Source of the DNA: a virus
Lineage: Duplodnaviria; Heunggongvirae; Uroviricota; Caudoviricetes
Reading direction: 5' to 3' (one strand)
IMG/VR virus record: IMGVR_UViG_3300037852_000247
Coordinates: 1 to 64,000 of that record
Length of the DNA stretch: 64,000 nucleotides
Positions 55,101-63,371 of the stretch are shown here, piece after piece. The notes below the pieces were generated by a model. That model had not been told where the DNA came from. It searched no databases and saw only the letters and a program-made list of their open reading frames with translations. Every line of letters begins with the position of its first letter. The stretch's first letter is position 1. The position numbers and the translations under genes were made by a program.

Positions 55101-56023
55101 CCTTCGGGACGACCGGGAATAACACACTCGTTGAAACGAGCGCTAGCGGGACCATAGCAAATGCCCTGATCAGCGCGCTGCCGCTCGCCAACCTCGCAAC
55201 AATGGCTGATGCGACGATACTTTCGAACGTCTCTGGCATCGGCGCTGTTCCATCGGCGAACACCCTGACCTCGATCATTAGCCACGATATTAGCTCGACG
55301 AGGGGCGCGCTCTTGGAGAATGGCGCGGCGGGATGGACGGGGCTTAATCCAAGCGCCACCGTCGGCTTTGTCTTGACGAGCAATGGGACGGGAGCCGATC
55401 CGACGTACCAAGCCCCCGCATCGGGAGGGATAAGCGGCCTCACCTCTGGTCAACTCGCGATCGCAGGAAGCGCGTCCACGCTGACCTCGAGTATCGCTTT
55501 CTCGAACGTTTCATCGGCCAATAAGATTGGGCAACTGAACGCAAGCGGCCTGTGGGACCCGGGAATGCTCCCCTTGGCGACGGCCGCGGCCTTCGGGGCG
55601 GTGAAGTGCGGGACCGGCACGACGTGCACCGCCGGGGTGATTTCCGCGTCGGGCGGCGGCGGCGGCAGCAGCGACACAGGGACAACTGGCATCGCTGCCG
55701 CAGGCGCGACCCTGGCAGCGGCTACCGATCTCACCACTCAGCAAAATTATGTCTCGTCCGGCGCAAATTGCACGCCGGCACAGTTTCAGAATGCTTGCGT
55801 CGGGACGGCGGCTGTGAGGTTCGATTCGGCGTTGATGGTGGCTTTCAATCACCTCTCCGTCTGCAATGAAGATCCGACAAATGCGTTGTTGGTTTACCCG
55901 GATACCACCGGTCACACCATCAATAACCAGGGTGCTGGAGTAGGCATTCCAGTCAATGCCAATCAATGTCTGCTTTTCTTCGTGAAAAGCTCGACGGCGC
56001 TTAGAACTGCAGGTGGCGGATGA
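49124..56023 (+). CDS. Giant (2299 aa) secreted repeat protein; fibre/adhesin-like
   Basis: Signal peptide MVKSGFAALCLVLLFLIAGIDGKALAQ. Extremely Thr/Gly/Asn/Ala/Ser-rich, with many N-x-S/T triplets. Recurring modules LTGNQTITLGGD, PWSVPNGG.GL.TLT.GA.YKG and IDHDI. Three ~100-aa tandem repeats at about 51.6-52.5 kb. Confidence 0.6.
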   Translation: MVKSGFAALCLVLLFLIAGIDGKALAQGGFTPGPGLTLTSPILTTPTINAGVMNGTFTGAPYFSGGPTIIGGTLISPTISGATISGTFSIATLGVAGNASFGAGIKSTALANAPMLGTDVSGNFRAITLGTGLSFGGDGVTLNVSSPPPSVVWPAPNSLIISNGTNSPSGLTPVNNSLLYASGNGWQGLAAAASSVPCWNASSMLTACSPTTMQTTLGYLTGNQTITLGGDFSGSGATSITGTVLKLNGVFAPATPATNTIPYVSSPNQFTYGNAATILGVLGVPFSVPNGGSGLATLTAGAIYKGAGTANIVASGLSDSGSVISTSEPFDLTNQSQVIEIANASSVGTTNGLLAKLTGAPSTALTLLTSDTDGALGVVLSGGGTIGNALIVIGGQANCSFDGSTTADNWVIPSSTAAGKCHDTGSATRPGGSQVIGRVLTTNAGGPGSYAMIVNPSFTNTAGSPPTWPATGSIVVSNTTNTPAGLAPVNNDLVYGTGGAWAALASAANSVLCTNGSSVPSLCSAATTLSLLGAPWSVSNGGWGLTTLISGAIYRGNGTSPPAVSGLSDNGTLVSTSEPFDLTTKSAAFEVANASSGGTTVGLIAKISAAPSTALTVLTSDTDGAAGIVIGGGGTTGNAQIAFRGRAFCTFDGATTASHYVTISGSVAGNCHDGGAARPAGAQSIGQVLTTNASGGSYEVAISLGFTNTAGSPPTWPATGDIVVSNSTNTPAGLAPVASSVPCWNASSVLSACTSAAAQTILGYLTGNQTITLGGDAAGSGTTSITVSNLKLNGVAYPASPATNTVPVITTSNQVTYETGSGLAALTGFGTMLTQNASAVAITGGSIIGTTINGPSNTITNIGNASLTNSSMTLAGHSVSLGGTQAFAIGDLSNIGATTIVGNNTGIAGVPLALSTAQVSALLGLGTMATQNASAVAITGGSIIGTTINGPSNTITNIANASLTNSSMTLAGHSVSLGGTQAFAIGDLSTIGASTIVGNNTGIAGVPLALSTAQVSALLGLGTMATQNASAVAISGGTVTGTTINGSSNTISNIANASLTNSSMTLAGHSVSLGSTQAFAIGDLSTIGATTIVGNNTGVAGVPLALTTTQIKTMLGEGTLASQNANALNVTGVTALTGLPTCSAASDACPKSYIDGAVVGSVLHPQVAAATPAAVLPNTPVASGTGPGKTLTSATNTALVVDGYTVLLNDRVLVKDQAAPADNGIYAQTTLGVGGSVKWVLTRATDFDTAVAGEVALGAYVFVANGTVNVGTQWQLGAPTPASITVDTTALTFNKLNASSTLTADGTTIQNIGGTISVLQNGVLNAVTATPNSLIARGASTWAGVAPVNNAVLVTSGAGVPSESTVLPSGLTIPGYLTANQTITLSGATTGSGTTAITTALASVADATLLANVSGGSAAPSANTLTAIIDHDIGSTANSLLQRGASTWGLMPVVNNAVVVTSGTGVASESTTLPSGLTIPGYLTGNQSITVSGAVTGSGTTAITTALASVADATLLSNISGGSAASSANTLTAVIDHDITATANSLLARGASTWAGVAPVNNAVLSTNGTGVPSESTTLPSGLTIPGYLTGNQTITISGDSTGSGATSITLANTKVNGVAYPAAPATNTIPYISSANQVTYGNAATILSLLGTPWSVPNGGTGLTTLTSGAVYKGNGTSAPTVSGLSDNGTLVSTNEPLDLTSKSAAIEVLNAATGGTTAGLIAKLSGAPSTALTTLTTDTDGAVGIVIGGGGTTGNAQIAVEGQAPCTFDGGTTAGHFVLISGSVPGNCHDGGASRPAGVQTIGQVLSTNGIGGSYQVQINLGFTNSANIGGTVSSAGTSTVNNIPFWTGQATLSNTGVPFGTVGNNTLVETGGGGTIANALISALPLANLATISDATLLSNVSGALAVPSANTLTAIIDHDISATVGAIPVRGASTWGGLNPVATVGFVLTNNGVGVAPTYQALPAPVISGMTIGQVPVAATATTITSSIAFGTTGNNTLVETSASGTIANALISALPLANLATMADATILSNVSGIGAVPSANTLTSIISHDISSTRGALLENGAAGWTGLNPSATVGFVLTSNGTGADPTYQAPASGGISGLTSGQLAIAGSASTLTSSIAFSNVSSANKIGQLNASGLWDPGMLPLATAAAFGAVKCGTGTTCTAGVISASGGGGGSSDTGTTGIAAAGATLAAATDLTTQQNYVSSGANCTPAQFQNACVGTAAVRFDSALMVAFNHLSVCNEDPTNALLVYPDTTGHTINNQGAGVGIPVNANQCLLFFVKSSTALRTAGGG

Positions 56024-57354
56024 TTTCGCTCATGACGCGATGCCTGCTTGTCCTCGGCCTGATTTTCGCCGTCTCGCCCGCGTTCGCTGATCAGGGCGCC
56101 CAGCGCACCACCTACGGCATGTCGCTCTCGTTGCAAGGGGAACTCCTCGACCTCGCTGCGCCGATTTGCTCGCCGGCCGCCGGTTCCTACAGCGTGGTGT
56201 ATCGCAACAGCATCGCGACCGGGTGCACCGGCAGATCCAGCGACGACTTCGCGATACTCCTATTCACTGGCAGCTCTCCCGCGACCTATACGATGCCGCA
56301 GAGCAAGGTGACGACTTTCACCGGGTCGATTTCCGGGACCACGCTGACCACTCCAGCGAACGCTGTCATAATCGGCTCCGTCATTACAGGCGTGGGGGTC
56401 CTCGACAATACTTACGTCACCGCCACCACAAACAGTACGACGTGGACCGTAAACAATTCGCAGACAGTGGCAAGCGAGACCCTCACCCAGTCGATCTTTC
56501 CGCCTGGACACGGCACCTGTATTAAGAGCGACACCTCTGCCACTGCGTTACTGACAGTTGCGGCTACCACATCGACGATCAGTGGTGCGGCAGGCGTTAG
56601 CGGCGCAACGGTTCCGATCAATCCCGGTGGGGAAGTGTGCCTGCAAGCCACCGCGAGCAATAATTACGAAGCGATGGGATATCTCCCAGGCGTCGGGCCG
56701 TCGGGCATCCAGGCTGTAGCTGGTGCATCTAATACCTGTGCTTCTACTGGCGGGGCTGGGGCTGCTTGCACAACCACCAACACTAACATGTCGGGGGTTG
56801 ATTTAATCGTTGGGTGCATCGGTTATTACAACGGCGCGTCAGGGACAAGTAACCCTTCAGATAGCCAAGGCAATACATACACACAGGTTTACTCTACGAA
56901 TCAAGCCGCCTTGGTTGGTACGCTATTCTTTAAGCAAGCCCCATCCGTTAGCGCCTCCATGACCTTTACCGCCAGCGCTACGGGTGGCGCTACCTATCCC
57001 GGCGCAGCCTTCCAGGGATTTTCCGGCTCTGTGGCAAGCCCGCTCGATCAATCCACAAACCCTGCCGCAACGGCGGTCACAGTAACAACGGTTTCGCCAG
57101 GATCTAAAACCCCGAGCCAAGCGAACGAACTCTTGGTGTCCTGTCTTGCGCGTGCTGCCGATCCCAGCAGCACCAGCGCCACCGCTATAGGATCACCATT
57201 TACGCTTGGGCCTAATATAGAAGTCAATGGCAACATCTCAGAGGGAGCCGCGCTGGGGTATCAGATCCAGGCTCCCGGGCCTACGGCGCAAAACCCGGCG
57301 TGGACCTGGACAGGAACTGCCGACGCAGTTGCTGGTCAGGCCACATTCAAATAA
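56020..57354 (+). CDS. Secreted Thr/Ser-rich protein (mosaic family member A)
   Basis: Signal peptide MISLMTRCLLVLGLIFAVSPAFA. The first ~690 nt are ~95% identical to 60368-61050. Confidence 0.5.
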   Translation: MISLMTRCLLVLGLIFAVSPAFADQGAQRTTYGMSLSLQGELLDLAAPICSPAAGSYSVVYRNSIATGCTGRSSDDFAILLFTGSSPATYTMPQSKVTTFTGSISGTTLTTPANAVIIGSVITGVGVLDNTYVTATTNSTTWTVNNSQTVASETLTQSIFPPGHGTCIKSDTSATALLTVAATTSTISGAAGVSGATVPINPGGEVCLQATASNNYEAMGYLPGVGPSGIQAVAGASNTCASTGGAGAACTTTNTNMSGVDLIVGCIGYYNGASGTSNPSDSQGNTYTQVYSTNQAALVGTLFFKQAPSVSASMTFTASATGGATYPGAAFQGFSGSVASPLDQSTNPAATAVTVTTVSPGSKTPSQANELLVSCLARAADPSSTSATAIGSPFTLGPNIEVNGNISEGAALGYQIQAPGPTAQNPAWTWTGTADAVAGQATFK

Positions 57355-57407
57355 TCCCCAAACACAATGCCGGTCTGGCCGGTGGCAACAACAACGAGCG
57401 TGCATTG

Positions 57408-58451
57408 ATGAGGTATCCCGTGAAAGCAATCTTCTTTTACTTCTGCATGATTACCGCGGCTGCTGCGCAGATCTCTACCACATCGCCGGACCTTCTAGTC
57501 ACGCCCGCGACGGGAGGGGGGTACGCGATCAACACGCGCAGCCCCATAATGGATCAAAGCAGCGCGGGCGGTCCCATCCTCGCAAGCGCAGCAGAGAATA
57601 CGATCAAGATCGGCGGGTTCCTGTACACGATCGCGCCAGCCGGGTCGGCTGGATTCGTGTCGGGGTGGACCACGCTGCTGATAAACGTATCCAAAACCGC
57701 AGCGACGCTCACGAGCACTAGCGTGTTCGAGGGAGCCGGCAACGCCAGCACAATATCGCTGTCTCCCGGCGATTGGGTGGCGCTGACGGCAGACGGTAGC
57801 AATTACCTGGCATTGAGCGGCCGATCGCTTGGGTCTCCAGGCGTGGCCCCCACGTTTTCTATAATTGGTCAAACATCCTGCGCCGGTTCTGGTTCCGCTG
57901 GGTGCAAAACCTCAGGGATCAATACGGCTGGCGCCAACTTGTACATTGTTGGCGCAACCAGTAATAATGGGGCCGCGCCTGGAGTTACCGATCTTAGTGG
58001 GGACACGTTTAGTACTGCTGTCACGGCGGCTACTTCCCCCGACTGCACAATCTACTATGTTGTAAACCCGGGCACGAATGCTGCAGAGACTTTCTCAACT
58101 GCGTCCCCTGTAACTACGCTCGGAGCGCTTGCAGTTAATATTGCATCTCCAGCCCTGGATGGGACGGGCGTTCACGCTACAGGGTCTAATGTAACGACCC
58201 AGCAGCCAGGTTCTATGACCCCGTCAGCCGCGACTGATCTAGCTGTAGCGATGGTTGGTTGGGCTGGCACGGGTACTATAACAGTCAATAGTGGGTTCAC
58301 TAGTTTCCAAAGCGGGGCGGGCTCGATCAATAATAATTTCGCTTCTCTGAGCGCCGAGTTACAGCCGACTGGGACGGGTGCTCTCAACCCCACTTTTGCT
58401 ACTAATGGCGGGGCGGATAGAGCCTCTGCTTGTATGGCGCTGTTCAAATGA
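57408..58451 (+). CDS. Secreted Thr/Ser/Ala-rich protein
   Basis: Signal peptide MRYPVKAIFFYFCMITAAAAQ. Lower-GC region. Confidence 0.45.
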   Translation: MRYPVKAIFFYFCMITAAAAQISTTSPDLLVTPATGGGYAINTRSPIMDQSSAGGPILASAAENTIKIGGFLYTIAPAGSAGFVSGWTTLLINVSKTAATLTSTSVFEGAGNASTISLSPGDWVALTADGSNYLALSGRSLGSPGVAPTFSIIGQTSCAGSGSAGCKTSGINTAGANLYIVGATSNNGAAPGVTDLSGDTFSTAVTAATSPDCTIYYVVNPGTNAAETFSTASPVTTLGALAVNIASPALDGTGVHATGSNVTTQQPGSMTPSAATDLAVAMVGWAGTGTITVNSGFTSFQSGAGSINNNFASLSAELQPTGTGALNPTFATNGGADRASACMALFK

Positions 58452-59746
58452 TCATCCGCATCGCCTGCCTACTATTTCTTGCGCTGATCGCCGCGACGGC
58501 GGCTTATGCGTTGACAAGTCCTCCACTTAATGTTCCGATCACTATCACCGGCGGTACCCCAACAGCGACCCTCACAGCCGACTCCACCTCGATTACGTCC
58601 GGCTCATCTACGACGCTTAGGTGGAGTTCGACGAACGCCTCGTCTTGTGTCTCTCCGGGTACGCTTGGGAACACAGCGGTACCAAGTTTTACGGGCGCAA
58701 CCTCAGGATCGGAATCGACCGGCGCTCTAACGGCAACTACTACTTACTCGGTTCAGTGCAGTACAGCGACTGCCTCGGTCACCGTGACGGTCACTGGTGG
58801 TGGAACCGCCCAGACCAGCGCCCTTATGGGCCTCTACGGCGGCGGCGGCGACAGCTCCTTCACCAACCGCCTTCCCGACCTCGCCATCGGCTATATCTAT
58901 TGCGACAACACCGCTACTGGTGGTGGCGGCTACCCAGGTTACGTCGCAATAGCCGTCGTGGATGGATCGCCCGGTACACCAGGCGCATCGTGTACTGATT
59001 GGAATACCGCCGCCAGCGGCGGCTACAACGGTATATACTCCAGTATCCTCAACAGCTATGCGGTGCCTAACGCATCAGGAATTTACGCATTTCGGGTCAA
59101 CTGGGAATGGGCAGGATGCGGCAACCCTCTTACCCCCTTTCCTTGCAACGGTAATCCAAACATTCCGACCGCGACTTGGGCAGCCGCGACATGTCAGCTA
59201 ATCAATACTATTCGTTCATTTCCGTCACTAGCGGGTATACCGATAGAAATTGACGCCCCCGCCACTACGGCGCAGCAGGCGGTCTGGCCCGGTTTCGGCT
59301 CGACTCCCGCATGTAGCAGCGGCCCAATCAACCTGACCGGCGCAGACATCTACTTTCAGCCCGCATATGACGGGCCAACGTCAGCCCAATCATGGAATGC
59401 GCAGCTTCCATATATGAGCGCGGTCACTGCCTGGGGTCAAGCGCGAGGAATTCCGCTGGCCTTCGGCGAATGGTGCAATGAATACACGGATATCCCGTTT
59501 TCAGGGGACGTTACGACCTCGCAGGATCTAGTCTCCAGATTCACCCAATGGATGAAACAGAACAACACGGTGATCCAGGCGTATTGGGATAGCAATCAGG
59601 CCGTTCCTAATGATTGTACGATAGCTAATGACCCCAACCGCAAAGCCGCGTACATCGCCGCCTATGGCAGCAGTCATTACACGGGCACCTACTTTACATC
59701 TCCACCATTCCACGCGTTTGGTGGGCTTCCAGGATTCGGCTATTAA
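58448..59746 (+). CDS. Secreted protein with Ig-like domain and putative glycoside-hydrolase-like domain (mosaic family member B)
   Basis: Signal peptide MIIRIACLLFLALIAATAAYA, identical to that of 59748. TATLTADSTSITSGSSTTLRWSSTNASSC looks Ig-like. The GIPLAFGEWCNEY and YWDSN regions suggest a glycosidase catalytic segment. Tentative. Confidence 0.45.
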   Translation: MIIRIACLLFLALIAATAAYALTSPPLNVPITITGGTPTATLTADSTSITSGSSTTLRWSSTNASSCVSPGTLGNTAVPSFTGATSGSESTGALTATTTYSVQCSTATASVTVTVTGGGTAQTSALMGLYGGGGDSSFTNRLPDLAIGYIYCDNTATGGGGYPGYVAIAVVDGSPGTPGASCTDWNTAASGGYNGIYSSILNSYAVPNASGIYAFRVNWEWAGCGNPLTPFPCNGNPNIPTATWAAATCQLINTIRSFPSLAGIPIEIDAPATTAQQAVWPGFGSTPACSSGPINLTGADIYFQPAYDGPTSAQSWNAQLPYMSAVTAWGQARGIPLAFGEWCNEYTDIPFSGDVTTSQDLVSRFTQWMKQNNTVIQAYWDSNQAVPNDCTIANDPNRKAAYIAAYGSSHYTGTYFTSPPFHAFGGLPGFGY

Positions 59747-59747
59747 G

Positions 59748-60359
59748 ATGATCATCCGCATCGCCTGCATACTATTTCTTGCGCTGATCGCCGCGACGGC
59801 GGCGTACGCGAAATCGCCCTTCTCTCCGCACGGCACCCAGGGGCCGTTTACTGCTCCGCCACCGTCCCTCTCGATCAGTGTTAATCCGACCAGCGTAACG
59901 GATCCGGCTACCACGCCCCAAGGAGCCAACCTGTCTTTTATCACAGTAACGGTGTCCGATGGCTCGCAGTTTCACGGAACAGTAGGGTTCGGAGGCACCG
60001 CGGGTGATGGTGGGGGTGTGTGCATCTTAGTTGCGGCGAGTACGACCTTGGCGGCTCCGACAGCTAACACCATGGTCGACTCGGATGGCACCTGGAGCTT
60101 TGGTCCCTCTAGTACGGGCAATGGCGGATATCCTCTGCAGCTGAACGGCACTCAGGTAGGCGGCGGGTTCGGGGTTCTGTTTGTTTCTTACAATGGCTTC
60201 ACTTATGCGGAAAACCTGCAAGGTGCCTGGTTTCAATGGAATGGCACCGGGTGGCCGTCCATCGCCGGCGATCCCCGCCCTCCTGGGTCTGGCGCCCTGG
60301 CGCTTGCGAAAATGGAACCGGCGGGCTCCTATAATTGCGGCATCGTGGCGACCCAATAG
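59748..60359 (+). CDS. Secreted protein (mosaic family member C)
   Basis: Its signal peptide is a DNA-level copy of that of 58448. The C-terminal ~160 aa are nearly identical to the C-terminus of 60368..61531. Confidence 0.5.
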   Translation: MIIRIACILFLALIAATAAYAKSPFSPHGTQGPFTAPPPSLSISVNPTSVTDPATTPQGANLSFITVTVSDGSQFHGTVGFGGTAGDGGGVCILVAASTTLAAPTANTMVDSDGTWSFGPSSTGNGGYPLQLNGTQVGGGFGVLFVSYNGFTYAENLQGAWFQWNGTGWPSIAGDPRPPGSGALALAKMEPAGSYNCGIVATQ

Positions 60360-60367
60360 ACTCGTTC

Positions 60368-61531
60368 ATGACACGATACCTGCTTGTCCTCGGTCTGATC
60401 TTCGCCATCTCGCCTGCGTTCGCTGATCAGGGCACCCAGCGCATCACCCCGGGCAGGTCGCTGTCGTTGCAGGGGGATCTCCTCGATCTCAACACGCCGA
60501 TCTGCTCGCCGGCCGCCGGTTCCTATAGCGTGGCGTACCGGAACAGCATCGCGACCGGGTGCACCGCCAGAGCCAGCGACGACTTCGCGACACTCCTGTT
60601 CACTGGCAGCTCTCCCGCGACCTATACAATGCCGCAGAGCAAGGTGACAACTTTCACCGGGTCGATCTCCGGGACCACGCTGACCACTCCCGCGAACGCT
60701 GTCATAATCGGCTCCGTTATTACTGGCGTCGGGGTCCTCGACAATACTTACGTCACTGCCACCACAAACAGCACGACGTGGACTGTAAACAATTCGCAGA
60801 CAGTGGCAAGCGAGACCCTCACCCAATCGGTCTTCCCGCCTGGACACGGTACCTGTATTAAGAGCGACACCTCTGCCACCGCGTTACTGACAGTTGCGGC
60901 TACCACATCGACGATCAGTGGTGCGGCAGGCGTTAGCGGCGCAACGGTTCCGATCAAGCCCGGTGGAGAGGTGTGCCTGCTAGCCACCGTGAGCAATAAT
61001 TACGAAGCGATGGGATATCTCCCAGGCGTGGCGCTGACCCTCGCGATTAGTCTTAATCCGGCAACCGCAACAGATCCGGCTAGTACGCCTACTGGAGCCA
61101 ATTTGTCTTTTATCACGGTAACGGTGTCAGACGGTTCGCAGTTCCACGGCACAGTCGCGTTCGGCGGCACCGCCGGTGATGGCGGAGGTGTTTGCGTCTT
61201 GGTCGGAGCGAGTACAACCCTGGCGGCTCCGACAGCCAATACTCTGGTCGACTCGGATGGCACCTGGAGCTTCGGCGCCACCCTTTCTGGCGCAGGCGGA
61301 TATCCTCTGCAGCTGAACGGCACTCAGGTAGGCGGCGGGTTCGGGGTCCTGTTTGTTTCTTACAACGGCTCCACTTATGCGGAGAACCTGCAAGGTGCCT
61401 GGTTTCAATGGAATGGCACCGGTTGGCCGTCCATAGCCGGCGACCCCCGGCCTCCTGGGTCTGGCGCCCTGGCGCTTGCGAAAATGGAACCGGCGGGCTC
61501 CTACAACTGCAGCATCGTGGCGACCCAATAA
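60368..61531 (+). CDS. Secreted chimeric protein (N-terminus of A + C-terminus of C)
   Basis: 60368-61050 is ~95% identical to 56020-56700. 61030-61531 is ~93% identical to 59860-60359. Confidence 0.5.
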   Translation: MTRYLLVLGLIFAISPAFADQGTQRITPGRSLSLQGDLLDLNTPICSPAAGSYSVAYRNSIATGCTARASDDFATLLFTGSSPATYTMPQSKVTTFTGSISGTTLTTPANAVIIGSVITGVGVLDNTYVTATTNSTTWTVNNSQTVASETLTQSVFPPGHGTCIKSDTSATALLTVAATTSTISGAAGVSGATVPIKPGGEVCLLATVSNNYEAMGYLPGVALTLAISLNPATATDPASTPTGANLSFITVTVSDGSQFHGTVAFGGTAGDGGGVCVLVGASTTLAAPTANTLVDSDGTWSFGATLSGAGGYPLQLNGTQVGGGFGVLFVSYNGSTYAENLQGAWFQWNGTGWPSIAGDPRPPGSGALALAKMEPAGSYNCSIVATQ

Positions 61532-61572
61532 GACGCTGCGAATGCCGCCCGGGTGAATCCAAGGCGTGAATC

Positions 61573-61597
61573 GGCCCCGGCAATCGTTACCGGGGCC
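61573..61597. terminator. Bidirectional hairpin between convergent genes
   Basis: GGCCCCGGCAATCGTTACCGGGGCC forms a perfect 8-bp stem. No strong U-tract follows. Confidence 0.35.
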
Positions 61598-61667
61598 GTC
61601 GCGTTATAAGACCTTCCTTAGGAATGAGGCATCACCTTCCTTTCGGGTTCGGGTAATCCGTTCGTTT

Positions 61668-62207
61668 TTATTGTGCTCGGAAGGGCGGTGTGAAGCCGTG
61701 CGACGTGGAATCGATCACTATAGCTGGGCTGGCTATGATGGTCTGTACGACGCTCGGGTCGCACGCGCCGGATCCATAGCTGGCTGAGTTAGCATTGAGC
61801 GTGATCTGCGTATTTGGATCTCCCTCCCACAGAGTCTTAGTGGCCTGTTCGTAGTTGGTCCGATCGGGTACCGGCCGTAAATAGAACGTCTCCATGTAGG
61901 CCTGACCGGAACAATTCTTAGAGGCGTACCAGAAGACGAAGTTATTGGCGAGTTCTTCTTGGGCGAATTCGATTGACACTATCCGGTCCTGATATCGTCG
62001 GGCCATCACACCCTCCCATAGCAACCGGCCGATAACCGTCCCCGTCGCATCCAGCACAACCACGGGAGCCAGCGCATTTTGTTGCGCGGCCATGGCGGGC
62101 AACGTCAGTCCCATTGCTGCGGCTAGGTCGAACGCATTTTGTTGCGCCGCCATGGCTGGCAATGTCAGCCCGATTACCGCGGTCAGCGCGAGCGCTGTTT
62201 GTTTCAT
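61668..62207 (-). CDS. Secreted protein with duplicated signal-peptide-proximal segment
   Basis: MKQTALALTAVIGLTLPAMAAQQNAFDLAAAMGLTLPAMAAQQNA. About 57-bp tandem duplication at 62095-62210. Confidence 0.45.
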   Translation of the reverse strand: MKQTALALTAVIGLTLPAMAAQQNAFDLAAAMGLTLPAMAAQQNALAPVVVLDATGTVIGRLLWEGVMARRYQDRIVSIEFAQEELANNFVFWYASKNCSGQAYMETFYLRPVPDRTNYEQATKTLWEGDPNTQITLNANSASYGSGACDPSVVQTIIASPAIVIDSTSHGFTPPFRAQ

Positions 62208-62628
62208 TCCTGTTTGCTTTCTTTTTAGCTGGGCATGATCGCCCACACGACTAGGCGCGCGTTCGGCGCGTCAATCAATAAAAAAGTGGTGCGCCTCTAA
62301 CGAATTTCTCCAATGCGTGGTGGCCAGGTCACTCCTATCCGCAGTTTACGGGAAGCACCCAGGATTTCACCCACTCCCATCGCGTTACCGCGGTGTAGGC
62401 GGCCGTATCCGAGCAAGCAACGATGTGATGAGCATCGAACCAATCGGCATACCAGAACAAGATGACAACGACCGCATATCCCGCAAGAGCACCTTTCAGA
62501 GCACTCATCCCTGTTCCTTTCGCGCAGTGCGCCTGTCCTTAGACCACTGACGCTTCTCTTTCAATAGCACTCGATCCGACCTCGACCCTGCCCTGCCGTT
62601 GCGCTGGGCAATTACAGGAGCATTGTCA

Positions 62629-63330
62629 ATGAGCACAACCAAGGTTATCGCAGTCCCGGGAGCGGCGGCCCTCGGTGCCTTCTCCGGCCCGTTCTCCGGC
62701 AGCGTCAACGCCGCGGCGATCGATAATACTTTCACCATCGACGTCCGCGATCTTTCCTTCGCAATGGGCCTGGGCTATGTCCAGGTCTATACGGACTCGC
62801 GCTTTTATCCGGCGACCCCGACCCCGGCCGCGGCCAGTGTCGCCGGCCTCGTTGCCTCGGTGGCGCTCGCCAATGGAGCTCTAACCCTTGTTGCGGCCGT
62901 CCCCGACGCGATGCGCCAGATCTTCATGCGGGTCGATCCGGGGACGACCGGGATCACGGCCGGTGTCTGTACGGTCACCTATAATGCCAATGATGGCACC
63001 GCCCCGCAGGTCGACATCCTGCAGCTCGCGACCCCGCTCTCGACGATCCTCAGCACGAACCTGAGCAAGGGCGTGCTCACCGTCGCCAGCGCGGTCGTTT
63101 CCGGCTTGGTGGGCGGCACGACCCCCAAGATCCAGTTCGGCACCACCGCGGCCCTCGCCGTACCGCTGCCGCCGGGTTCGGTCGATGTGACGATCCTCAA
63201 AGAGATCACGGACGGCGCCGACACCTCCGCAACCCTCGGCACACTTACGAATGCCGGGATTTGGACGCCTCATACGGTACCAAACGCCACACACACCTTC
63301 GGCGTCACCTATTCGACCCTCGCTCCCTAA
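62629..63330 (+). CDS. Hypothetical Thr/Ala/Val-rich protein
   Basis: ACAGGAG RBS 8 nt upstream of the ATG at 62629. 233 aa. Confidence 0.45.
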   Translation: MSTTKVIAVPGAAALGAFSGPFSGSVNAAAIDNTFTIDVRDLSFAMGLGYVQVYTDSRFYPATPTPAAASVAGLVASVALANGALTLVAAVPDAMRQIFMRVDPGTTGITAGVCTVTYNANDGTAPQVDILQLATPLSTILSTNLSKGVLTVASAVVSGLVGGTTPKIQFGTTAALAVPLPPGSVDVTILKEITDGADTSATLGTLTNAGIWTPHTVPNATHTFGVTYSTLAP

Positions 63331-63371
63331 GGGGGCAGGCCTTCTCCAGCAGCAGCAGCAAGGGGCTGGCG

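Noticed and set aside
49124-56023. Calling the giant protein a tail fibre outright.
   Set aside because: Fibre-like modules are present. However, the clear N-terminal signal peptide and the absence of recognisable tail tube, sheath, tape-measure or baseplate genes nearby make a virion role unproven. Reported as fibre/adhesin-like only.
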